Source: Desulfovibrionaceae bacterium (GTDB taxonomy: Bacteria; Desulfobacterota; Desulfovibrionia; Desulfovibrionales; Desulfovibrionaceae). Taken from it: DNA of 37,030 nucleotides. The notes beneath the pieces are model-generated. The model ran no database searches, was not told where the DNA came from, and saw nothing but the letters and a program-made list of their open reading frames with translations. Position numbers and translations under genes: made by a program. The stretch spans positions 1-37,030 of the forward strand of contig CAAGJV010000123.1 of the NCBI GenBank assembly GCA_900770205.1, written 5' to 3'. Shown here piece after piece: positions 29,407 to 37,030 of this stretch (the first letter of the stretch is position 1; each line of letters opens with the position of its first letter).

Positions 29407-30336
29407 TCAGCGACAGGCCATAAGGAAAGGAACGATAAACGGCACAAGCAGAGTAAGGCACATACCGGAAAAAACAGCCAGAACCGCACACCTTTCGCCG
29501 CTTGCCTTGGCAATTACAGGCAGGCAGGTATCCATAGCTGCAGCGCCGCCAGCAAGCACAGGCCCAAGCCGGCCTGTAAAACGCACAAGCAGCGGAGAAA
29601 CAACCAGCGCCAATGCCTCATGGATCATATTGGAAAGCAGAGTAATGGAACCAAGAACCGGGTCTCCCAGTCTTGTCATAATGACAGTTGCCAGGCTGTA
29701 GTAGCCAAAGCCAGCCCCCACAGCCAGTGCTTCCGGCAGGGCATAACTGAAAAATCGGGAAAGGATAGTCCAGGCTAGGGCGCTCCCCAAAAGCGTACCG
29801 GCAACAACCCCTAACGGAACAAGCACAATGCGGAACTTGAGTTCCCGAACGATACCAAGCGCCTTCAAATCGAAGCCGACAGACATCCCCGCCAGAAAAA
29901 GGAGCAGGAAAAGCACTCCTGTTACAGCATCAGCGGCAGCCATGTTCTGAGGAAGAATCCGTATCCAGCCAGTCGCTATGCCGGCAATAAAAAATCCCAG
30001 CGCCGCAAAGGATCCCAGGTCGACATTGTTCTTTCCGGTATGTTTTTCTCCTCTGGCCGCCGCGTATTCCGGGAATACATACTTCCCAAGGAGCCATGCC
30101 GCAAAAAAACACCCCGCTACGGAACATATACTTATGCATGCGGCATACATGCCGAAGCTTCTTATCTGGCTGATAAGCGCATCATCCGTACCTATGGAAA
30201 GGCCCAAGAGAAAAAGCATGATGCGGACCGTCCATGAAAGGGCGTTCATCACTGCGCCCACAACGAAAGACCGGTACCGGAACATCCAGCCTATGGGGAT
30301 CCCCCCGATGATGACCCCCACTTCTGCAAGCATCAT
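29407..30336 (-). CDS. LysO (DUF340) family amino-acid exporter
   Basis: Multi-TM protein with LFLLGLSIG, GAGFGYYSL and GGAAAMDTCLPVI motifs. Confidence 0.88.
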   Translation of the reverse strand: MMLAEVGVIIGGIPIGWMFRYRSFVVGAVMNALSWTVRIMLFLLGLSIGTDDALISQIRSFGMYAACISICSVAGCFFAAWLLGKYVFPEYAAARGEKHTGKNNVDLGSFAALGFFIAGIATGWIRILPQNMAAADAVTGVLFLLLFLAGMSVGFDLKALGIVRELKFRIVLVPLGVVAGTLLGSALAWTILSRFFSYALPEALAVGAGFGYYSLATVIMTRLGDPVLGSITLLSNMIHEALALVVSPLLVRFTGRLGPVLAGGAAAMDTCLPVIAKASGERCAVLAVFSGMCLTLLVPFIVPFLMACR

Positions 30337-30455
30337 CCCTCCAGAATCAGAACTGTCGAACTTAAAAAGTGAAGGAACAGAATGGCCGTCGATTTTCCAC
30401 CAACGGCCATTCCCTGCCGTTAAACATATCCTGAAAAGGACTGTTCAGAGCCTTT

Positions 30456-31502
30456 CTACGGAACAAGGGGAGCGAAGCAAAGTCCTGTGTCGGCAGGCAA
30501 TCCAAACATGAGATTGGCATTGGCTACGGCCTGTCCAGACGCGCCCCTGCAAAGGTTGTCTATGGCGGAAGTAACAATGAGCCGTCCAGTTCTCTCATCG
30601 ACGCAAACGGCTATGTCGCAGAACATGGTGCCGCGCACGTTGCGTGTCTCCGGTAGTTTCCCTGCAGGAAGCACTCTCACCCATCGGCTGTCTTTCCAGA
30701 AATCCTCATACATGGCCTGCACATCGGCCTGAGTAATGCGGGCTGCCAGCTTCGTATAGATCGTTGCAAGAATACCCCGGCTGATGGGAAGAAGATGGGG
30801 ATTGAAAGAAACGGTCACGTCTGTTCCTGCGGCCACAGAAAGCTCCTGCTCTATTTCCGGGGTATGACGGTGCTTTCCGGCAATATTATAGGGACGGAAA
30901 GAATCAGCCACCTCACAGAACAGAGAACCAACAGCGGCCTTGCGCCCAGCCCCAGTCGTTCCAGATTTGGCATCGATGATGATATCATCGGTATTGATAA
31001 TGCCGTTTTTAAGCGCCGCGTACAGCCCAAGAATAGATGCTGTAGGGTAGCATCCGGGGTTTGCTACAAGGCGGGCCTGCCGGATTTTATCTCCGTAAAT
31101 TTCAGGAAGGCCGTATACGGCATGTGCAAGGTAAGCCTTGCGCGTATGTTCCTTATACCATGCCTCATAAGTCTGTGCATCGCGAAGGCGAAAATCCGCC
31201 GAAAGGTCAACTACTCTTGCCCCGGCATCGTACAGATCAGCCCCTGTTTCCATAGCCACTCCATGGGGAACAGCGAGAAAAACAACATCGCATGTTTTTG
31301 CAAGAACATTGGTATCCGGCTCCATAAGCGTTACTTCCGCCCCGGGAAGCCCCTGAAGAAATGGGTATACCTCATCCAGCCGCCGGCCGGCATCCTGCCG
31401 GGATGTTGCCGCGTTCAGCTTTATGGAAGGGTGAGACGCAAGGATACGGGCGAGCTCCATTCCTGTATATCCGGTGACACCAACAAGGCCGGCTTTCAGC
31501 AT
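30456..31502 (-). CDS. argC: N-acetyl-gamma-glutamyl-phosphate reductase
   Basis: GVTGYTG, DLSADFRL, YGLPE, ANPGCYPT, SGTTGAG, HRHTPEI, DNLCRGASGQA. Confidence 0.97.
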   Translation of the reverse strand: MLKAGLVGVTGYTGMELARILASHPSIKLNAATSRQDAGRRLDEVYPFLQGLPGAEVTLMEPDTNVLAKTCDVVFLAVPHGVAMETGADLYDAGARVVDLSADFRLRDAQTYEAWYKEHTRKAYLAHAVYGLPEIYGDKIRQARLVANPGCYPTASILGLYAALKNGIINTDDIIIDAKSGTTGAGRKAAVGSLFCEVADSFRPYNIAGKHRHTPEIEQELSVAAGTDVTVSFNPHLLPISRGILATIYTKLAARITQADVQAMYEDFWKDSRWVRVLPAGKLPETRNVRGTMFCDIAVCVDERTGRLIVTSAIDNLCRGASGQAVANANLMFGLPADTGLCFAPLVP

Positions 31503-31560
31503 GGCATACTCCAGAAAAAAGGCCGGATGCCCGGCCTGTTATTTGTGATGAGGCGAGAAC

Positions 31561-31830
31561 TCAGGAATTGGCAACGAACTTCATGCGCAGTTCATAGAGA
31601 ACATCACGCATAAGCTTTTCTTCATCGGCTGTCAGCCCATTTCGCGTCTTATCTCTGAGCATAGTAAGAACATCTATGGAATTGCGGGCCAATGCTTCAT
31701 TGCGGGCCGTCTTTCCTGTTTCCGGATCGGGTACCTCTCCAAGATGGACGAGGGCCGAAGAAGCAAGCGACAGAACAAACGTTGAAAAGGTCACTTCCGG
31801 CAGCATAACGGAATCATCGTTCTCTGGCAT
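31561..31830 (-). CDS. DUF1844 family protein
   Basis: TFSTFVLSL...ALVHLGEVPDP...IDVL.ML..KT...L...E...LYELRMKFV. Confidence 0.85.
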   Translation of the reverse strand: MPENDDSVMLPEVTFSTFVLSLASSALVHLGEVPDPETGKTARNEALARNSIDVLTMLRDKTRNGLTADEEKLMRDVLYELRMKFVANS

Positions 31831-31859
31831 AATAACTTCCCCCGATATGGTAAAAACGG

Positions 31860-33515
31860 CTATTCCTGGTAATTAGGCGCTGCGTCAACCTTTGTGGAAT
31901 CGAGAGGATACAAATAGACGGCACAGCGTGTCTTAATACCTGAGGAAAGCCCGGCGTAGGAATTGACGCATACCACGAGATCTGTTCTGCCATTGTTATT
32001 GATATCGGCAACGGAAACATCGCATACCGTTCCCTTAAGGCGGCGGGTCTTCCACAAAAGCTCCATTCCCATGCCGTTCCACAGCATGGCATGGATCTCA
32101 CCCTGAGGATAGGTACGATAATTGGAGAACAGCTTGCCTGCCGTAGTTATGGGCTTGTTGGCAAGAAGTTCATAGCGGCCATCGCGATCGAGATCGACCA
32201 CGGGCATGCGCATGGGAATATAGTAAAGAATCCTATCGGCACTGTCGGAACTGGCGGAAAGAGAGCCTATGCCTCTGTCTCCCTCCACATACACGGAACT
32301 GCCGCTGTAGGTATCTTCCGTGCCGGCAAGACGATTGCCTTTGGCATCAAAGGTAAGAAGCGTTTCGTTCTCGGCAATAAGGGCCAGATGATCTCCCCTC
32401 TTTCCCTTATCTGCGGGAATCCAGGAAAAATTGAACACCGTAGCCGCTGAAGGCATATTAGCCAGTTTGCCTCCGCGGACAACACTGCCCCCCTTAATAC
32501 GCCCCTCGTACACAGGCCCGCTGACGACTTTGCTTCTGTCGCTGTCCTGCATGATAAGCGTAGGCGTATAGAGCGGAGGAAGATTAGCCACATTGAGATA
32601 GCGGCGAACATGGCGGATGGCCACGTTGAACGTTCCGCGGGAAAACTGAAGCACCTGGGAATAGGCCGAAGTTTCTCCCTTGTCATACCCTGTAACAATA
32701 ATATACGGCTTTCCTTCCTGCACGATGGAACGTACGAGAACAGGCCGCATAGAGGCAGGGAGCGAATAGCTTCCTAGTTCCACAAGCTTATTGCCATCTT
32801 TCCATGCATAGGCATTGAGCGTATTTTCGTTAAGAAGAAGCAACTCGATTTTTCCATCGCCGTCTATGTCTGCCGTTTCCATGCCGAGGCATTCAAAGGG
32901 AAGCATCTGGCTGCGGATCTGGGAACGTTCGTCTTCCTTGCCCTGATATCGCAGGGAGGGGTTGAGATAGGAACTGTTCTGTACCTGCCCCCGGGATTCA
33001 TTCATCACGAAAGCGCTGCTGGGGGCAGCGGCAACAGCGGCAGGCGCAGCACGCCTTACATCGGTACGGCCGAATACTTCTGTATTAATGCGGTCGGCCA
33101 CAGTCTGCAGTCCGCCGATAAGAGCATTAACAGGGCTGGAAGAAGCATTTTTCCATACTTTTCCATTGGGAGAAAGAGCGCTTACGTCAAGGCTTGCCGT
33201 CTCGCCCATAACAGTGATGCTTCCCCACACAATATAGTCGGCGCCGAATTTACGCGACAGAGCCGATGCGGAATTCTTCGAGGAAGGAGCTTTTTCCTTC
33301 AGTGCGGCATCCTGGTTTTCCACAGGCTCAAACTGCCCCTGAAGATAAAGCCGGGAGGTAAGCATGGAAGGAATAGCCTGCCCAAGATAGGAGTACCCTT
33401 TCGAGCCCGACACGGAAAAAGGAGCTACGACATAGGTGGAAGCCATGGCAGGTACTTGCAACAAAAGAAGCAGAAGGGTAAATGCCCATGTAACGGGCAG
33501 AAAACGTCTGAACAT
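31860..33515 (-). CDS. Exported FG-GAP/VCBS repeat protein with N-terminal TolB-N/CsgG-like domain
   Basis: Signal peptide, GADYIVWGSI, repeats ADIDGDGKIE, DLDRDGRYE, ADINNNGRTD. Confidence 0.82.
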   Translation of the reverse strand: MFRRFLPVTWAFTLLLLLLQVPAMASTYVVAPFSVSGSKGYSYLGQAIPSMLTSRLYLQGQFEPVENQDAALKEKAPSSKNSASALSRKFGADYIVWGSITVMGETASLDVSALSPNGKVWKNASSSPVNALIGGLQTVADRINTEVFGRTDVRRAAPAAVAAAPSSAFVMNESRGQVQNSSYLNPSLRYQGKEDERSQIRSQMLPFECLGMETADIDGDGKIELLLLNENTLNAYAWKDGNKLVELGSYSLPASMRPVLVRSIVQEGKPYIIVTGYDKGETSAYSQVLQFSRGTFNVAIRHVRRYLNVANLPPLYTPTLIMQDSDRSKVVSGPVYEGRIKGGSVVRGGKLANMPSAATVFNFSWIPADKGKRGDHLALIAENETLLTFDAKGNRLAGTEDTYSGSSVYVEGDRGIGSLSASSDSADRILYYIPMRMPVVDLDRDGRYELLANKPITTAGKLFSNYRTYPQGEIHAMLWNGMGMELLWKTRRLKGTVCDVSVADINNNGRTDLVVCVNSYAGLSSGIKTRCAVYLYPLDSTKVDAAPNYQE

Positions 33516-33622
33516 AGATGACTCCTTTCGAGGATTTGCATGGCAGTCTACACTTTCTCGCCCCGAACGGCAACAGCAGGGCCCAGGCCTTTTTGTAACA
33601 GATACTTAAAATACGGACAGCC

Positions 33623-34882
33623 ATGACAGCACCTCGCCGATCCTTCCGCTTTACATGCCCTTCCCAACATATCCCCCTCGTTGAAGATATGCTTCGCCTG
33701 CAGGGGTTCCGATTTGAAAACGATGCGTTCTTCGAGCCTGCCCGCCGCCTCACGGAAGAGCCCTTTCCTCTGGGCAGCAGCCTCGCCGGCTTTTTCGGCC
33801 TTATCTACATACAGGACAGGGCCTCCATGCTGCCTCCCCTTGCACTCTCTCCCCAAAAAGGCTCCTGCGTCCTCGATATGTGTTCCAGCCCGGGAAGCAA
33901 AACCAGTCAGCTGGCATGGATGGTAGGGGAACACGGCATGGTTCTCGGCAACGAACCTTCTCCCTCCCGTCTTGCCAATCTGCGCCGCAACCTGCATGTC
34001 ATGGGGCTCACCCAAACCGTCACCTGCTGCCAGAACGGAGAGCATCTTCCTCTGCCCGATGCATCCTGGGACTATATCCAGCTTGATCCCCCCTGTTCAG
34101 GATGGGGAACCATAGAAAAAAATCCCCGTGTCATGGAAATATGGAAGGATAACAAGGTCGCCCCCCTCATACGACTGCAGAAAGAACTCCTGAAGGAAGC
34201 GAACAGAATTCTCCGCCCGGGAGGCACGCTTGTCTATTCCACCTGCACGACCGATGTGGAAGAAAACGAAAAGCAGGTCATCTTCGCCAGAGACGAACTC
34301 GGCCTCATGCTGGAAGGCCTTGAAGAGCTTCCCGGGTTCGACCTTCAGGCTCCTCAAGGCTGTGAAGGCGTATGGTGCCTTTCTCCAAAGCGGGGAGATA
34401 CGCAGGGCTTCTTTGTGGCCAGGCTGCGCAAGCCTGGCAATGCCGAAGGCCCTCTCCCCTACACCGATAATCCTATCCAGGCAGAAGTCGTCAGCGATGT
34501 CCAGCTTCGCCAGCAGGGTATCGACCCGCGCCTTGTCCATGGAGAAATCGGCATATTCCAGGGCAGCCTGCACGCTCTGCCCCTCGCGGCACTCTCCTCT
34601 CTTCCAGAGGCGCTTCACTGGCAGGGGCTGTACATGGGAAAGGTCTCCAAAAACGGAGAGCTTCGCTTTTCACCAAGAATGCGGATAGAAGGCCCATGTC
34701 CAAGGCTCGACGTAGAAGGGGAAGAAGGGCTGCATGTGATATCACGGCTTCTCCAGGGGCAGAGCATGCCCGCCCCTTCATCGGCAGATTCCTCATCACG
34801 TTCCGTGCTGCTGCGCTGGAACGGCCTTGCCCTCGGCAGGCTGAACATGAAAAACAAGAGGCTCATCTGGTCGGAACGCTGA
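33623..34882 (+). CDS. RsmB/NOP (RsmF-like) RNA m5C methyltransferase
   Basis: YIQDRASMLP, LDMCSSPGSKT, DPPCSG, LVYSTCT, GFFVA. Confidence 0.92.
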   Translation: MTAPRRSFRFTCPSQHIPLVEDMLRLQGFRFENDAFFEPARRLTEEPFPLGSSLAGFFGLIYIQDRASMLPPLALSPQKGSCVLDMCSSPGSKTSQLAWMVGEHGMVLGNEPSPSRLANLRRNLHVMGLTQTVTCCQNGEHLPLPDASWDYIQLDPPCSGWGTIEKNPRVMEIWKDNKVAPLIRLQKELLKEANRILRPGGTLVYSTCTTDVEENEKQVIFARDELGLMLEGLEELPGFDLQAPQGCEGVWCLSPKRGDTQGFFVARLRKPGNAEGPLPYTDNPIQAEVVSDVQLRQQGIDPRLVHGEIGIFQGSLHALPLAALSSLPEALHWQGLYMGKVSKNGELRFSPRMRIEGPCPRLDVEGEEGLHVISRLLQGQSMPAPSSADSSSRSVLLRWNGLALGRLNMKNKRLIWSER

Positions 34883-34884
34883 GG

Positions 34885-35598
34885 CTAGGTTTCCAGCTTA
34901 TCCACGCGTAGCTTCCCACGGCCGTTCTTACGAGCCATAAGGAGTACAAATGTTGCCGGGCCGCCCCGCCTGGTAAAAACAAATCGAAGCCTTTCCGGGT
35001 GCAGCCGCGAAGGCAGCGCCGCCAGAAGATCCGCCGTGCGTTCCGCTCCGCAAACGGCAGCCAGCACACCGCCATTTTTAAGCAGTGCGTCAGCTGCGGC
35101 AAAAAACGAAGGAAGGGTATGTTCCGTTCCGAAAAGTGCCTTGCGGCGCATGGCAGATTCCGGCATGCGCCCATCTCCTGTTCTTCTCCACGGAGGGTTG
35201 CAGAACACGGCATCGAGCATGGGAAGCAGATCCATTTTCGCTTCTTTCGGCAGAAAGCAGGAGCGCACTGCCCGCAGGCTCTTCGGGCTGCAAACATCGC
35301 CGTCAACGAGAAAGAACCGGCTCTCTACCCCAAGGAGCTCCGCATTGCGCCGGGCAGCCTCCGTCAGCTCTTTCTGGATTTCCAGCCCTGCTCCCCGCCA
35401 GAAACGATTTTTTTTCAGGACTGAGAGCGCAATGATACCGCATCCCGTTCCAAGATCAGCAAACAGCGTATTCTCAGGCAGCTGCAATTCCCCCATAAAA
35501 TCAGAAAGAAGCAGAGCATCGGCGCTGAACCGGAAACTCCCGTCCGGCTGCTCCAGCTCGGAAAAAGCATGTTCTGTGTTCCTTCTCTCTTCCCCCAT
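34885..35598 (-). CDS. tRNA1(Val) A37 N6-methyltransferase-like SAM-dependent methyltransferase
   Basis: QPDGSFRFSADALLL, DLGTGCG, CNPPW; start ATG 35598 (or GTG 35619). Confidence 0.85.
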   Translation of the reverse strand: MGEERRNTEHAFSELEQPDGSFRFSADALLLSDFMGELQLPENTLFADLGTGCGIIALSVLKKNRFWRGAGLEIQKELTEAARRNAELLGVESRFFLVDGDVCSPKSLRAVRSCFLPKEAKMDLLPMLDAVFCNPPWRRTGDGRMPESAMRRKALFGTEHTLPSFFAAADALLKNGGVLAAVCGAERTADLLAALPSRLHPERLRFVFTRRGGPATFVLLMARKNGRGKLRVDKLET

Positions 35599-35720
35599 AC
35601 CAATCTCCCAGGTGTTCACATTGCACTGCAGAACTGTTCTAGCTATACTGAACCGTCTTTATCGTCCTGCCGCCGGTCATACGCCGGCCTTCTTCTCACG
35701 TTCGAGCTGCCGAGGCATCC

Positions 35721-37030
35721 ATGTTCCGAGCCGATCTGCATATCCATTCCCGGTTTTCCAGAGCCACCAGTTCCCGCCTCACCATTCCCCATCTTGCCGC
35801 ATGGGCGGCAGTCAAGGGCATACAGGTGCTTGCCACTGGAGATTTCACTCACCCGGCATGGAGGCAGGAACTTTGCAACTTCCTCGAACCAGACGATGCC
35901 ACTGGCCTTCTGCGCCTGAAAAACTCTCTTTCCCGGGCAGATATGGAAAGAGAAATCCCCCATCTTTCCGGAATGGAACCGCATGATCCAAAATTCATGC
36001 TGGAAGCGGAAATCAGCTCTATTTATAAAAAAAACGGGAAGGTTCGCAAGATACACAGCCTTGTCTACATGCCAGACCTCGAATCCGCCAACCGCTTCTG
36101 TGAAAAGCTCTCGGCCATAGGCAACCTGAACTCCGACGGACGGCCCATTCTCGGGCTGGATGTGAAAACACTGCTTTCCATGGTTCTGGAAATTCCCCGC
36201 GCCTTCCTCATCCCCGCCCATATCTGGACACCGTGGTTTGCGCTCTTCGGGTCAAAATCCGGGTTCGACAGCCTTGAAGAGTGCTTCGAAGACCTGACCC
36301 CGTATATTTTCGCCGCAGAAACCGGACTCTCTTCTGATCCAGACATGAACCGCTGCTGGAGCCACCTCGACCGGCTCTGCATGGTTTCAAGTTCCGATGC
36401 GCATTCCGGAGAAAACCTTGCCAGAGAAGCCACCGTATTTACCGGAGAACTCTGCTACGATGGCATCTTCAGCGCCATGATGCAAAAAAAGGCATCAACA
36501 GCCTATACCGGTACCCTTGAATTTTTTCCTGAAGAAGGAAAATATCACCTCGATGGTCACAGAGCCTGCGGCGTTGTTCTCGAACCGGCAGACTGCATGA
36601 AAATAAATAACATCTGCCCTGTCTGCGGCAAACCGCTCACCATAGGCGTTCTGCACCGCGTTCTTGCGCTGGCAGACCGTAAAGCTCCCCCCTCCCCCGG
36701 CAAGGATTTCTGCTCCCTCATTCCCCTTCCGGAAATTCTGGGCGAACTCATGCACTGCGGTTCTAAAACCAGAAAAGTCCAGGAAAAATACGCTGATATC
36801 CTTCATCATTTCGGTTCGGAAATGACAGTTCTTCAAGATATGCCGGAAAACGACCTGCGCGTGTTCTGGCCGGAACTGGGGGAAGCCATCTTTCGTATGC
36901 GCACGGGCCGCGTCATCCGTTCTGCCGGGTTCGATGGGGAATACGGTGTTATACGCCTCTTTGATGAGCAGGAAAACACGCCTTCCCTTCTGGAAAAAGT
37001 TCCCTCTGCCCGGAAAAAGCCGCTTCCCTC
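35721..37030 (+). CDS. Endonuclease Q family (PHP-fold) protein, 3'-truncated by the window end
   Basis: My translation from ATG 35721: MFRADLHIHSRFSRATS, TGDFTHPAW, PAHIWTPWF, ETGLSSDP, SSDAHS, PEEGKYHLDGHRAC, CPVCGKPLTIGVLHR, GFDGEYG; same frame still open at the edge; absent from the ORF track. Confidence 0.9.
   Translation, partial: MFRADLHIHSRFSRATSSRLTIPHLAAWAAVKGIQVLATGDFTHPAWRQELCNFLEPDDATGLLRLKNSLSRADMEREIPHLSGMEPHDPKFMLEAEISSIYKKNGKVRKIHSLVYMPDLESANRFCEKLSAIGNLNSDGRPILGLDVKTLLSMVLEIPRAFLIPAHIWTPWFALFGSKSGFDSLEECFEDLTPYIFAAETGLSSDPDMNRCWSHLDRLCMVSSSDAHSGENLAREATVFTGELCYDGIFSAMMQKKASTAYTGTLEFFPEEGKYHLDGHRACGVVLEPADCMKINNICPVCGKPLTIGVLHRVLALADRKAPPSPGKDFCSLIPLPEILGELMHCGSKTRKVQEKYADILHHFGSEMTVLQDMPENDLRVFWPELGEAIFRMRTGRVIRSAGFDGEYGVIRLFDEQENTPSLLEKVPSARKKPLP

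Noticed and set aside
35569..36836. Short ORF-track calls in the last 1.4 kb
   Set aside because: Overlap the open EndoQ-family frame starting at 35721, which has far stronger motif support

Overview
A 37 kb chromosomal window from a Desulfovibrionaceae bacterium. The fused DsrB-DsrD points to the Bilophila/Mailhella-like gut lineage (inference). It is mostly core genome. In order: an rRNA-operon-type promoter/boxA leader running off the left edge, ribF, a DsbA-family protein, a Re-citrate-synthase-like enzyme with a C-terminal Cache-like domain, dsrA-dsrB/D(fused)-dsrN, folE2-nikR-homocysteine methyltransferase, K+-independent hppA, polA, uup, an Hpt-V4R-GGDEF cassette, 5-formyl-THF cyclo-ligase, YfiH-like, a FadL-like porin, a small decayed mobile-DNA scar beside tRNA-Glu(TTC), hflX, a stand-alone IMP cyclohydrolase, nifU-nifS, a LysO-like exporter, argC, DUF1844, an FG-GAP protein, two RNA methyltransferases, and an EndoQ-family gene (missing from the ORF track) running off the right edge. 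No CRISPR array or intact mobile element was seen. Best leads: the kinase-less Hpt-V4R-diguanylate cyclase module, a probable ATA start for hflX coupled to the purH stop, the DsrB-DsrD fusion, the Cache-fused Re-citrate synthase, a structured dsrA leader, and the repeat-rich scar at 23.15-23.82 kb. All family calls come from motif recognition by eye; no searches were run.
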